In this document: piece after piece, positions 1 to 9,807 of the stretch
Layout of the letters: the number at the start of each line of letters is the position of its first letter
Numbering within the stretch: position 1 is the stretch's first letter
From: Flavobacteriaceae bacterium
Lineage (GTDB): Bacteria; Bacteroidota; Bacteroidia; Flavobacteriales; Flavobacteriaceae
DNA length: 64,000 nt
Direction of reading: 5' to 3'
Assembly (NCBI GenBank): GCA_038134285.1
Contig: JAYPUW010000005.1
Location: 77,672 to 141,671, forward strand
Translations under genes and position numbers: made by a program
The notes under the pieces: generated by a model
The model's database searches: none
What the model was told of the DNA's origin: nothing
Seen by the model: the letters and a program-made list of their open reading frames with translations, nothing else

Positions 1-983
1 AAAATTTTAAAGCTATAATGCAGCACGATGCACGTGTACTCATTTTCGGAGAGGATTCAGGGCAAATTGGTGGCGTGAATAAATCATTAGAAGGCCTTCA
101 AGAAATTTTTGGAATCGACCGTGTTTTTGACACGAGTATTCGCGAAGCAACCATAATTGGTCAAGGTTTAGGTTTGGCAATGCGAGGATTACGACCTATA
201 GCTGAAATTCAGTATCTCGATTATATTTTCTACGCTTTAAACATTCTAACTGATGATCTGGCCACCTTAAGATATCGTTCTGTTGGACAGCAAATTGCGC
301 CTCTGATCATTAGAACGCGCGGACATCGTTTGGAAGGTATTTGGCATTCAGGTTCGCCTATGGGTGGTCTGGTGCATTTGCTAAGAGGAATCCATATTCT
401 ATCACCCCGAAATATGACGCAGGCTGCTGGGATGTACAACACACTCTTAAGAGCCAACGAGCCTGGATTGATCATTGAACCTTTAAACGCCTACCGTCTA
501 AAAGAGAAGTTACCCAATAACCTAGGTCAATTCACCGTTCCAATTGGTGAAGTTGAGGTGCTATCGAACGGAACCGACATGACGGTGGTGAGCTACGGTT
601 CAACCTTAAGGATTGTTCAAGAAGTTATCCAACAGCTTGAAATATACGGAATCTCAATTGAGCTTATTGATGTTCAAACCCTTTGGCCCTTTGATCAAGG
701 GATGGTCTGTGCTGAGAGTCTAAAGAAAACAAACAGACTTGCCATTGTAGATGAGGATGTTCCTGGAGGATACTCTGCCTTCTTACTACAACAGATTCTT
801 GAACACCAAGAAGGTTACCGATTCTTAGATAGTAAACCGATAACGATCAGCGCAAAAGAACATAGACCTGCATACGGATCTGACGGTGATTACTTTTCTA
901 AACCCAATGCTGACGAAATCTTTGAAAAACTCTACACACTTATGTATGAGTCGAATCCGTCTAGATTTGATAAACTGTTCTAA
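1..983 (+). CDS. 2-oxoacid dehydrogenase E1 component, beta (transketolase-like) portion; 5' end lies outside the window
   Basis: The ORF is open to the window edge, in the same frame as track ORF 18..983. It has pyrimidine-binding and transketolase C-terminal type motifs ([50 protein letters not shown]). These are typical of E1 beta or fused alpha/beta 2-oxoacid dehydrogenases. Confidence 0.8.
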   Translation, partial: NFKAIMQHDARVLIFGEDSGQIGGVNKSLEGLQEIFGIDRVFDTSIREATIIGQGLGLAMRGLRPIAEIQYLDYIFYALNILTDDLATLRYRSVGQQIAPLIIRTRGHRLEGIWHSGSPMGGLVHLLRGIHILSPRNMTQAAGMYNTLLRANEPGLIIEPLNAYRLKEKLPNNLGQFTVPIGEVEVLSNGTDMTVVSYGSTLRIVQEVIQQLEIYGISIELIDVQTLWPFDQGMVCAESLKKTNRLAIVDEDVPGGYSAFLLQQILEHQEGYRFLDSKPITISAKEHRPAYGSDGDYFSKPNADEIFEKLYTLMYESNPSRFDKLF

Positions 984-1981
984 GGTCGAATTATCATACT
1001 TAACTCTTGATAAAGTTGAGCAGAACTGTTTGCCGAATTTAATTGACCTACACCTTTTGAAGCCAAATCAATTTGTTTCAACCCACCCAAGATTCGAGTT
1101 AAACGTTTCATAGAATAAATTCGAGCCGCATTTTGATAATCCTTTATAAAATACGGAGAAACGCCAAGGGTTTTTACTGCTTCAGCTTTATTTGAAAGTG
1201 CATGATATTTAAACACTTTTAAAAAGAAAGAAGAAAGGACCGGTAAAATCATTTGAATTGGATAATCCTTAGACTTTTCTGAGAAATAGTTTAAAATACC
1301 AATTGCCTTTTGTAGCTGACCAGAACTGAGTGTTTTCTGCATCTCAAAAACATTGTAGTTTCTGTGAATGCCAACATGTTTCTCTATGTGCTCAAGCTTT
1401 ATGTTTGTAAGTTCAGGAACTGCAAGCTGTATCTTATCAATCTCGCTTTTAAGACGTCCTAGATTCACACCAATAAACGAAAGCAACAATTGTTTCGCTT
1501 CAACCTCTATCGCTAGATCATGTTGTGATAAATGAGAATCTAGCCATGCAGGAAGTTCATTTTCATAAAGGGGTTTACATTCATAAAGACCCTGAAGATT
1601 TTCTACCTTCTTAACTGCCTTTTTACGTTTGTCCATAGATGCGCTATGTATCAAAAACACTAGTACACATTGAGGATTTGGATATTCTAAATAAGTCTCT
1701 AAATCAGCAAGTTGATTCGTAAGGCTTTGCGCTTGACGCACAATAACTGTAGTGTACTCATACATCATAGGCAATTGCCTAGCTCGTTCAATCACTTCAC
1801 TCATATTACTGTCTGAACCGTACAAAACCGTTTGATTAAAATCCCTCAAATCTTTTGGAATGACACTTTCCTCAAACCACTGTCCGATTTCTTCTATAAA
1901 GAAAGACTCTTCGCCATATATTAGATAGCAAGGGGAAAAGGACTTCGCTTCAAGATGTCTTTTTAATTGCTCAAATCGCAT
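980..1981 (-). CDS. holA: DNA polymerase III subunit delta
   Basis: 333 aa. The N-terminus ([14 protein letters not shown]) and the overall length and layout fit the clamp-loader delta subunit. Its stop overlaps the convergent E1 gene by 4 nt. Confidence 0.85.
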   Translation of the reverse strand: MRFEQLKRHLEAKSFSPCYLIYGEESFFIEEIGQWFEESVIPKDLRDFNQTVLYGSDSNMSEVIERARQLPMMYEYTTVIVRQAQSLTNQLADLETYLEYPNPQCVLVFLIHSASMDKRKKAVKKVENLQGLYECKPLYENELPAWLDSHLSQHDLAIEVEAKQLLLSFIGVNLGRLKSEIDKIQLAVPELTNIKLEHIEKHVGIHRNYNVFEMQKTLSSGQLQKAIGILNYFSEKSKDYPIQMILPVLSSFFLKVFKYHALSNKAEAVKTLGVSPYFIKDYQNAARIYSMKRLTRILGGLKQIDLASKGVGQLNSANSSAQLYQELSMIIRP

Positions 1982-2007
1982 ATTAAAATGGTACTTTTGA
2001 TTGCCTT

Positions 2008-2457
2008 ATGGAACTCGCCATTTTGAACTTACCTTCGGCTCGATTTAAGGTTAAAAATACCGAAAACCGAACGCTAATCTGGGATATTATCCGAAAAAAA
2101 TATCTCCCATTAACTTCAGAAGAATGGGTTCGGCAGCACTATGTGCATTATTTGATCTATCATCGCGGCGTAAGGCCTCAGCGCCTTCTCTTAGAAAAGA
2201 AGGTCATGACAGCAATGAAGGCCTCTCGATTTGATATTGCAATCGTTAATAGTGACCGTTCTATTTCATTAATTGTTGAGTGTAAGGCTAGCGAAATCGC
2301 CATAAATGATGATGCAATAGCTCAGCTCTTGCGCTATGCCTACGAATTAAAATCTCGATATTTAGCGCTAACCAATGGAATACAACACTATTATTTTGAA
2401 TGGGATATAGAAAAACTAGAATACCGTCAAATCAATGCTGCCCCAAGCCTAATATAG
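2008..2457 (+). CDS. Stand-alone HsdR N-terminal-like (PD-(D/E)xK fold) domain protein
   Basis: 149 aa. RFDIAIV followed by LIVECKAS gives a D...ExK nuclease-type signature. Size and pattern resemble the type I restriction enzyme HsdR N-terminal domain family. No HsdM or HsdS gene is nearby. Confidence 0.6.
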   Translation: MELAILNLPSARFKVKNTENRTLIWDIIRKKYLPLTSEEWVRQHYVHYLIYHRGVRPQRLLLEKKVMTAMKASRFDIAIVNSDRSISLIVECKASEIAINDDAIAQLLRYAYELKSRYLALTNGIQHYYFEWDIEKLEYRQINAAPSLI

Positions 2458-2461
2458 TCTA

Positions 2462-3460
2462 ATGAAAGAAATAGCGGTAATCATATTAAATTTCAACGGA
2501 AGAAAGCTGTTACAAGAATTTCTCCCCTCAGTCATCTCACATTCTACTGAGGCCTCTGTTTATGTTATTGACAACAATTCAGATGATGATTCTGTCGACT
2601 TTCTAAAAACGCAATATAAAGACCAATTGACAATAATTTCATTATCCAAAAATTACGGATTTGCCGGAGGGTATAATGAGGGTGTCAAGGAGGTTAATGA
2701 ACCATATTGGTGTTTGCTCAATTCAGATGTGCGTGTCACTGAAAATTATATTACACGGCCTCTTGAGGTCCTTAAAGTAAATATCGATATCGCTGCTGTA
2801 CAGCCAAAAATTAAAAGTCATAGGCATCCTGACTATTTTGAATATGCGGGTGCCGCAGGTGGATTTTTGGATTATTTGGGATACCCCTTTTGTCGCGGAA
2901 GACTCTTTCAACGGATTGAGAAAGACAATGGACAATACGACGATGAAATTAACGTGTTTTGGACTACAGGAGCATGTATGTTTGTAAAACGTTCAGCCTT
3001 TGAAGATGTAGGAGGTTTTGATACCACTTATTTTGCGCATCAAGAAGAGATTGATTTGTGCTGGAGGCTTCACCATTTAGGTCTAAAACTTCTTTACACC
3101 TCAAAGAGCACTGTCTATCATTTGGGTGGATCAACCTTAACCAATCACAATCCCTTTAAAACCTACCTCAATTTCAGAAATTCTCTCTTTACTTTGGTTA
3201 AGAATCTTCTTGCTATTGAAATACCTTTTATCTTACTGATTAGGCTGGTAATGGACGGAGGCGCCGGAATTGTATTTCTCTTTCAAGGTAAACCCAAACA
3301 TACCTTTGCTATTTTCAAAGCGCACTTCAGTTTCTATTTTGCCTTGCCTCGCCTCTTAAAGAAAAGGCGCAATATTCGACCTAAGTTTCGAAGACGCAAA
3401 CCTTTATCTATTGTCATTCAATACTTTATATTAAATCGCAAAAAGATTTTAAAATACTAG
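2462..3460 (+). CDS. Family 2 glycosyltransferase
   Basis: 332 aa. The N-terminus (AVIILNFNGRKLL...VIDNNSDDDS) and the DxD-type region (LLNSDV) are typical of GT2 (rhamnosyltransferase-like) enzymes. The C-terminal segment is hydrophobic. Confidence 0.8.
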   Translation: MKEIAVIILNFNGRKLLQEFLPSVISHSTEASVYVIDNNSDDDSVDFLKTQYKDQLTIISLSKNYGFAGGYNEGVKEVNEPYWCLLNSDVRVTENYITRPLEVLKVNIDIAAVQPKIKSHRHPDYFEYAGAAGGFLDYLGYPFCRGRLFQRIEKDNGQYDDEINVFWTTGACMFVKRSAFEDVGGFDTTYFAHQEEIDLCWRLHHLGLKLLYTSKSTVYHLGGSTLTNHNPFKTYLNFRNSLFTLVKNLLAIEIPFILLIRLVMDGGAGIVFLFQGKPKHTFAIFKAHFSFYFALPRLLKKRRNIRPKFRRRKPLSIVIQYFILNRKKILKY

Positions 3461-3519
3461 GGGGGTATTCTGTGTTTGGCAAAGTATTTGCTACTTTTAA
3501 GGGTGAAAAATATATTCTC

Positions 3520-4383
3520 ATGAAATTAAAAGTTTTAACTGCTGCAATTGCTGCACTGACCTTAGGGTCCTGTGTTTCGTCAAAACGATTCAATACCGTA
3601 AACAAAGATTTAGAAAGTACGAAGGCTGAATTGGTTTCCACTAAAAGAACCATGAACGATTATGCTTCTGAAATAGGAAAGTATGAGGCTCAGGTTAAAG
3701 CCCTTTCAGAACAGAACAGTTTCTTAAGATCAAATAACCAAGATTTGATCAATAACATGGATAATTTCACCACCCTTACCTCTAAAGGTGCTGAAAACCT
3801 TGAAAAAACACTCGAGAGTCTTAAAGAGAAAGAGTTAACCATTAACAAACTACAAAGTGCTATTACTAGAAGAGATTCTGTAAACCTTGCCTTAGTCGCT
3901 AGCCTAAAAGGTGCACTCGGAAACTTAAACGATCAAGACATTGAGATAAATGTAGAAAAAGGAGTGGTATTCGTTTCAATAGCCGATAAGCTTTTATTCC
4001 AAAGTGGAAGTTACAACGTATCAGCTGAAGCGAAGCGTGTTTTAGGAAAAGTAGCTACTGTAGTCAATGCAAAGCCTGATTTCGAATTTATGGTGGAAGG
4101 ACACACGGATAATGTTCCTTACAAAACAAATGTTGAAATTAAAGACAACTGGGATTTATCGGTAAAACGTTCGACTGCAATTGTTCGCATTTTACAAAAC
4201 GAGTTTAAGGTAGACCCAAAACGTATGACTGCAGCAGGAAGAAGTTATTACGCTCCTCTAGTTGAAAATAATTCAGCTGCGAATCGTGCACGTAACAGAA
4301 GAACTAGAATTGTTGTCTTGCCAAAACTTGATCAGTTCTACTCAATGATTGAAGACGGCATGAAAGATCCTGCTATTCAATAA
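3520..4383 (+). CDS. OmpA-family lipoprotein with a coiled-coil linker
   Basis: The internal Met gives a lipoprotein signal (MKLKVLTAAIAALTLGSC), so I prefer start 3520 over the track start 3472. A coiled-coil middle is followed by a C-terminal OmpA/MotB peptidoglycan-binding domain (VEGHTDNVPY, NWDLSVKRSTAIV, NRRTRIVV). Confidence 0.8.
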   Translation: MKLKVLTAAIAALTLGSCVSSKRFNTVNKDLESTKAELVSTKRTMNDYASEIGKYEAQVKALSEQNSFLRSNNQDLINNMDNFTTLTSKGAENLEKTLESLKEKELTINKLQSAITRRDSVNLALVASLKGALGNLNDQDIEINVEKGVVFVSIADKLLFQSGSYNVSAEAKRVLGKVATVVNAKPDFEFMVEGHTDNVPYKTNVEIKDNWDLSVKRSTAIVRILQNEFKVDPKRMTAAGRSYYAPLVENNSAANRARNRRTRIVVLPKLDQFYSMIEDGMKDPAIQ

Positions 4384-4417
4384 GCGAGATTACGTAAGCA
4401 CTATTAATTAGAATAAA

Positions 4418-4444
4418 AACCCTCCTAAATCGGAGGGTTTTTTT
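4418..4444. terminator. Bidirectional rho-independent terminator shared by the OmpA-family gene (+) and the helicase gene (-)
   Basis: An 8-bp stem AACCCTCC (4418-4425) / GGAGGGTT (4432-4439) closes a 6-nt loop. It is followed by T7 on the + strand and flanked by A5 (T5 on the - strand). Confidence 0.75.
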
Positions 4445-6764
4445 ATGAGAGTATATTAAGCTTTGCAAAACGGAGCAATAATTTTTTCGCCCCACCCGAA
4501 TTAAATTCTATCTCAGCCTTGCGTTCTGGCCCCACACCTTCAATAGCTTTCACCACGCCATACCCAAAACGCTCATGATCAACCTTTGAACCCACCATAA
4601 GATCATCGTATTGAGACGTTGAGGTTGTTGTGCTAGAAGGCTGTGATTTTAATTTTCTCAATCTTCTGAGCTGATCCTCTGTTGGTTTTTTGCGCTCCTC
4701 CTGCATACTGCCTTTAGGCTTCAAAGTGCGGAGTTTGCTGTGATCCACTTCTCCAAAAAGTGATGGGTCTACGAATCGACGAACAGCACCACCAAAATCT
4801 ACAGCATGATTATCAACATATTGGTCGTCTATCTCTGCGATAAATCTACTGGGTTCGGCATCTATGAGTTTTCCCCAACGGTACCTATTAATAGTGTATG
4901 TAAGATAGGCTTGCTGCTCTGCTCTAGTTATAGCCACATAAAATAAACGCCTCTCTTCTTCCAATTCAGAACGCGTATTCATACTCATAGCTGAGGGAAA
5001 CAAATCTTCTTCCATACCAACCACAAAGACAGTCTTGAATTCTAACCCTTTTGCAAGGTGGATGGTCATTAACGCCACCCGATCATCATTTTCAGTAGCA
5101 TTGTCAAGGTCAGTAGCAAGGGCTACATCTTCTAAGAACTCATGAATAGAACCAGTTGCACCGTCAATCTCCTTTTGTCCTTCTACAAAATCTTGAATAC
5201 CATTAAGTAATTCTTCAATATTTTCAAGACGGGTGATACCTTCTGGCGTACCGTCCTTTTTAAATTCTTGAATAAGCCCTGTTTTTCGGGTAATGTGATC
5301 GGCAGTTTCAAAGGCATTGTTATCGCTACTGAAAATCTGAAAACTCCTTACCATTATACAGAACTGCTCCAATTTCGAACGAATTGAAGACGCAAATGAA
5401 GCCGATTTTAGCTCATTTTGGTCTTCTGCGAACTCGAAAATAGATTTCCCATAAGCTCTTGCTGCAACGGAAAGTTTTTCAAGTGTGGTTTGTCCGATTC
5501 CTCGAGCAGGAAAATTAACTACTCTCATAAAGGCCTCCTCATCTTTTGGATTCACCACCAAACGTAAATAAGCGAGCACATCCTTTATTTCTTTGCGCTG
5601 ATAAAACGAAAGTCCTCCAAAAATCCTATACTGAATATCTCTCTTTCTCAGCGCATCCTCAATCGCTCGAGACTGTGAATTAGTGCGATACAGAATGGCG
5701 AAATCCCCATATGAACATTGCGTATTCATCTTTGTTTCAAAAATGGTACTCGCTACATAACGCCCTTCATCCGCATCTGTAGGGCTTCTGTGCACCACAA
5801 TTTTATTCCCTAGCTCGTTTGAGGTCCAAACGTTTTTCTTAAGTTGATCTCTATTGTTCGCAATCACAGAATTTGCGGCGTTTACAATGGTAGAGGTTGA
5901 ACGGTAGTTTTGCTCAAGTCTATACACCTCTACTCCTTCGTAATCGCGCTGAAAATTCAGCATGTTATCGAGATTCGCACCTCTGAAAGAATAAATACTT
6001 TGAGCATCATCCCCCACTACACAAATGTTTTGATAGCGATCTGACAAGGCTCTCACAATTAAATACTGTGAATGATTGGTGTCCTGATACTCGTCAACAA
6101 GAATGTATTTGAACCGTTCTTGATACTTCAAGAGCACCTCAGGAAAACGATTAAGAAGCTCATTCGTGCGAAGCAATAGATCGTCAAAATCCATAGCACC
6201 AGCACGAAAACAGCGATCGACATATTCTTTATATATGTCTCCTATACGCGAGCGTCTGGCAATTGCGTCGGCCTCTTGAAGTTCCGAATTTTGAAAATAA
6301 GCCTTCACCGTGATTAGGTTGTTTTTGTACGATGAAATACGCTGTTGTATTTGCTTGTACTTATACACATCCTTATCAAGCCCCATTTCTTTAATAATCG
6401 AGTTGATAAGGCGTTGTGAATCTTGAGTATCGTATATACTAAAGTTACTTATAAAGCCTAAATGATGCCCATCCGACCTCAAAAGCCTGGCAAAAACCGA
6501 GTGAAACGTACCCATCCATAGGTTTTTAGCTTCAGACTCACCCACCAAAGCCCCAATTCTCGCTTTCATTTCACGCGCAGCCTTATTGGTGAATGTTAGG
6601 GCTAGAATGGAGAATGAATCAACTCCATTTTCAATTAAATGAGCAATGCGATATGTGAGCACTCGTGTCTTTCCTGAGCCGGCACCAGCAATAACCATTG
6701 AAGGCCCTTCTTTGTGCAAAACAGCATTTCGTTGGGCCTCATTTAAAGCGTCTAAAAACTTCAT
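4443..6764 (-). CDS. uvrD: UvrD/PcrA-type ATP-dependent DNA helicase (superfamily 1)
   Basis: 773 aa. It has Walker A (AGAGSGKT), the DEYQDT helicase motif II, and further SF1 motifs (VGDDAQSIYSFRGA, YRSTS, MTIHLAKGLEF). Confidence 0.88.
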   Translation of the reverse strand: MKFLDALNEAQRNAVLHKEGPSMVIAGAGSGKTRVLTYRIAHLIENGVDSFSILALTFTNKAAREMKARIGALVGESEAKNLWMGTFHSVFARLLRSDGHHLGFISNFSIYDTQDSQRLINSIIKEMGLDKDVYKYKQIQQRISSYKNNLITVKAYFQNSELQEADAIARRSRIGDIYKEYVDRCFRAGAMDFDDLLLRTNELLNRFPEVLLKYQERFKYILVDEYQDTNHSQYLIVRALSDRYQNICVVGDDAQSIYSFRGANLDNMLNFQRDYEGVEVYRLEQNYRSTSTIVNAANSVIANNRDQLKKNVWTSNELGNKIVVHRSPTDADEGRYVASTIFETKMNTQCSYGDFAILYRTNSQSRAIEDALRKRDIQYRIFGGLSFYQRKEIKDVLAYLRLVVNPKDEEAFMRVVNFPARGIGQTTLEKLSVAARAYGKSIFEFAEDQNELKSASFASSIRSKLEQFCIMVRSFQIFSSDNNAFETADHITRKTGLIQEFKKDGTPEGITRLENIEELLNGIQDFVEGQKEIDGATGSIHEFLEDVALATDLDNATENDDRVALMTIHLAKGLEFKTVFVVGMEEDLFPSAMSMNTRSELEEERRLFYVAITRAEQQAYLTYTINRYRWGKLIDAEPSRFIAEIDDQYVDNHAVDFGGAVRRFVDPSLFGEVDHSKLRTLKPKGSMQEERKKPTEDQLRRLRKLKSQPSSTTTSTSQYDDLMVGSKVDHERFGYGVVKAIEGVGPERKAEIEFNSGGAKKLLLRFAKLNILS

Positions 6765-6858
6765 ACTCCTTTCTCTTTCGCACAGTTAAATTATTGAATT
6801 TACTAAGGTCGTGCCCTTTCTTCTTTATATATTTAGTAACAAGTTTTAACATTCTATC

Positions 6859-8148
6859 ATGCGTCTTATTTTAAGAGCTGTTTGCAGTTCAGTTTTTTTC
6901 TTCACACTCTCGGTGACATACAGTCAAAATCCTTCAGATCAAGAGTTTAATACCATTGAGAAAAAAGTAATTGAATGGCGAAGAGATTTTCACCAACATC
7001 CTGAACTCAGTAATAGAGAAGTTGAAACTGCAAAGAAAATTGCAAAACACCTTAAAGATTTAGGTTTAGAAGTCACAACAGGAGTTGCACACAACGGTGT
7101 TGTTGGACTGCTTAAGGGATATCAACCTGGTCCGGTTATCGCATTACGCGCCGATATCGATGCTCTACCTGTTACTGAAAGAAACGATCTGCCCTTTAAA
7201 TCAATAGTGAGGTCTCAGTTTTTAGGTGAAGAAACTGGTGTTATGCATGCCTGCGGACACGATACACACACAGCAATACTAATGGGTGTTGCCGAGATTC
7301 TTACGCAGCACAAAGATCAATTAAAAGGTACAGTGAAATTCATTTTTCAACCTGCCGAAGAAGGTCCTCCACCGGGAGAAGAAGGGGGCGCACTACTCAT
7401 GGTCAAAGAAGGCGTTCTTGAAAACCCAAAAGTAGATGCTGTATTTGGGTTACATATCAATTCAGAAACTCCCGTGGGCACTATACGCTATAAAACCGGA
7501 GGCCTCTTGGCTTCTGCACAACGATTTGTGATTAAGGTTAATGGCAAACAAACACATGGATCTCAACCATGGTCTGGAGTAGACCCTATTTACATCAGTT
7601 CGCAAATCATTGATGGTTTACAATCATTAATCAGTCGTGAATCAAATCTTCTCAAAGAAGCAGCTGTTATAAGTGTAGGAAAAATTAAATCAGGATTACG
7701 ATTTAATATCATTCCAGAATCTGCAGAGATCATTGGTACCATTCGAACGCTAGACTACGACATGAGAGATCTGATCGAAGAACGGATGCATAATATGGTT
7801 CCGCAGATAGCAAAAGCTTTTGGTGGAACAGCTGAAGTTGAAATCACGGAAATGACAGATATCACCTATAACAATGCCAATCTTGTGACTCAGATGCTTC
7901 CAAGTATAGAAAAGGTATTAGGAAAAGAGAATGTAAAGCTTACCAAAGCTACTACTGGTGCAGAAGATTTCTCATATTTTGTGCGTGATGTACCAGGCTT
8001 CTTTTTCTTTCTAGGCGGAATGACGCCAGGCAATCAGACGCCTTATCCACACCACACCCCGGATTTTAAAATAGATGAGTCAGGGATGATTTACGGGGTA
8101 AAAGTCTTGAGTCAAATGACCTTGGATTATTTAAATGCTAAAAATTAA
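6859..8148 (+). CDS. M20-family amidohydrolase (N-acyl-amino acid amidohydrolase / hippurate hydrolase-like), secreted
   Basis: 429 aa with an N-terminal signal peptide. M20D motifs are present (HQHPELSNRE, ALRADIDALP, HACGHDTH, FIFQPAEE). Confidence 0.8.
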   Translation: MRLILRAVCSSVFFFTLSVTYSQNPSDQEFNTIEKKVIEWRRDFHQHPELSNREVETAKKIAKHLKDLGLEVTTGVAHNGVVGLLKGYQPGPVIALRADIDALPVTERNDLPFKSIVRSQFLGEETGVMHACGHDTHTAILMGVAEILTQHKDQLKGTVKFIFQPAEEGPPPGEEGGALLMVKEGVLENPKVDAVFGLHINSETPVGTIRYKTGGLLASAQRFVIKVNGKQTHGSQPWSGVDPIYISSQIIDGLQSLISRESNLLKEAAVISVGKIKSGLRFNIIPESAEIIGTIRTLDYDMRDLIEERMHNMVPQIAKAFGGTAEVEITEMTDITYNNANLVTQMLPSIEKVLGKENVKLTKATTGAEDFSYFVRDVPGFFFFLGGMTPGNQTPYPHHTPDFKIDESGMIYGVKVLSQMTLDYLNAKN

Positions 8149-8871
8149 ATGAGAAAGATTTCATTGTTTATACTCGGTTTACTTTTTATCCCTTTTGTAA
8201 CTGCACAAAAAAAGGGGGATTTACTAGAGGATAATCGCGCCCTAAACGCACTTGTAGAGCGTAACGAAGCTACTATTCGAGACCTTCAACAGCAAATATC
8301 AAGGCTAGAAGCCATCAACGAAACCTATAAGTTTGAATCAGACAATTTAAAGACCACTAATAAGGCGCTTATGGAGCGATTGAGCAAATTCGCAAACCAA
8401 TCGGTTACTAACATTATGAATATTGGTGATCAGATTGAAAGCATGCGCTCTTTAGAGAAACAAAATCAATTTTTTAAGAGCGCGCTCATAAGACATGATT
8501 CAGTTCTAATCGAAACGTTAAAGAAGCTTAGACCCTTCGTTTCAAAGGCCAAAGGAATGGTGCTAGAACCAGGAGGAGTTCGTTTTCCTTTTGCTCAAAA
8601 CGCTCAAATATCATTAGACTCCCTGCATACCGACAAGCGGATTCAAAATATTGATTCTGTACTTAATCTTTATCCTTTTTATCAGCTCGAAATCATTTAC
8701 AACGCTACTAATAGCACGTTTAAAGAGGCCCTATTTAAAACCTTTACAGAAAATCTGAATCAACCGCTTGAGCGCTTTAGCTTCTCTCGTACACTTGTAG
8801 ATACCTTGTATCTGAGGCTAACTCCAAACCAAACAAATTTCTATAAAGAAGTAAGAGCTATGATACAATAA
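8149..8871 (+). CDS. Secreted coiled-coil protein of unknown function (degenerate OmpA-like architecture)
   Basis: 240 aa. The ATG directly follows the TAA of the M20 gene. It has a signal peptide (MRKISLFILGLLFIPFVTAQ) and a coiled-coil segment. By-eye similarity to the 3520..4383 protein: SALIRHDSV vs SAITRRDSV, GVRFPFA vs GVVFVSI. Confidence 0.5.
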   Translation: MRKISLFILGLLFIPFVTAQKKGDLLEDNRALNALVERNEATIRDLQQQISRLEAINETYKFESDNLKTTNKALMERLSKFANQSVTNIMNIGDQIESMRSLEKQNQFFKSALIRHDSVLIETLKKLRPFVSKAKGMVLEPGGVRFPFAQNAQISLDSLHTDKRIQNIDSVLNLYPFYQLEIIYNATNSTFKEALFKTFTENLNQPLERFSFSRTLVDTLYLRLTPNQTNFYKEVRAMIQ

Positions 8872-8873
8872 CC

Positions 8874-9758
8874 CTAAGGGTTAAAGTGTTGCTTTGCTTG
8901 CAAGTAACCTCTCTGCCACCAGCGAATCATTCTTTTTTGATCGAAAAGTAAAGGGTTCTGAGTGAGCAGTGTTGGGGTATAGATGAAGTTCAACTTCACT
9001 CCTTTTGATTTTGCCCGAAGTTCACCCAAAGAAATATTGTGCTCTTCGATCTGGTCAAGTGAAAAACCAAAAATACTTAGCATTAAGTCAAAGGTGTTAG
9101 AAGTAGGCAATCGATGTGTTTGGTTTTTTTCTTGCCTTAAAACAATGATATCAATCTCTTTTGCTCCGGCTTCGATGGCACGATCAACCGAAACAATACT
9201 CCCTAATCCGCCGTCGGCATACTCATAACCGTTTTTTGATACCAATGACATAAAAGGAATGTAATTGGCCGATATCCAGACCCAATCTAGAAAGTCTTCG
9301 TAACTGAAATCTTTAATCGATTTATATTCTACTCCATTCTTACTTAGATTGGAAACCGTGACGATTACATCTTTACTACTTTTCTTTACAGATTCAAATT
9401 CGAAGGCGGTAATGTGTCTTTCTAAAAATGCACGGAGATTCTTACTCTCTCCGAAGGTTTTATTTCCCCGCATAAAACTGCGCAAGACATTAAAGTGATT
9501 CATCTCCAGTTGAACAACTCCTTCCTTTTTTCTAGTGTAAAACGGGTTGAGATTGAAAATCTGAGAGCTATCCACCTCTTTGTATACCGAATGCAATTTC
9601 TCTATTTTCCCTAATGCCAGGTGAATAAGAAGCAAGCTACCTGTTGAAGTACCCACAAACAGATCGTAGTCTCTTTTTTGTTCATCTATAAGATATTGGG
9701 CTACTCCTCCGGCAAAAGCTCCTTTACTGCCGCCCCCAGATATTACTATTGCTCGCAT
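8874..9758 (-). CDS. Patatin-like phospholipase
   Basis: 294 aa. It has the oxyanion-hole glycine motif (ISGGGSKGAFAGG), the nucleophile elbow GTSTG (GxSxG) and a catalytic Asp motif (ADGGL). Confidence 0.8.
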   Translation of the reverse strand: MRAIVISGGGSKGAFAGGVAQYLIDEQKRDYDLFVGTSTGSLLLIHLALGKIEKLHSVYKEVDSSQIFNLNPFYTRKKEGVVQLEMNHFNVLRSFMRGNKTFGESKNLRAFLERHITAFEFESVKKSSKDVIVTVSNLSKNGVEYKSIKDFSYEDFLDWVWISANYIPFMSLVSKNGYEYADGGLGSIVSVDRAIEAGAKEIDIIVLRQEKNQTHRLPTSNTFDLMLSIFGFSLDQIEEHNISLGELRAKSKGVKLNFIYTPTLLTQNPLLFDQKRMIRWWQRGYLQAKQHFNP

Positions 9759-9807
9759 TCAAATGGATTATTTCATTCAACGCTCTAATTTAGATAAGTT
9801 TGTGCGT

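Noticed and set aside
2008-2457. HsdR-N-like protein as part of a type I restriction-modification system
   Set aside because: There is no methylase, specificity subunit or full-length HsdR helicase anywhere in the window. The protein is only a 149-aa single domain.
8874-9758. Patatin-like phospholipase as a possible CBASS (CapV-like) anti-phage effector
   Set aside because: No cyclic-oligonucleotide synthase (CD-NTase), E1/E2/JAB, HORMA or other CBASS partner is nearby. The flanking genes are recG, an M20 peptidase and an envelope protein, all in a core-genome context. An ordinary housekeeping patatin family member is the simpler reading.
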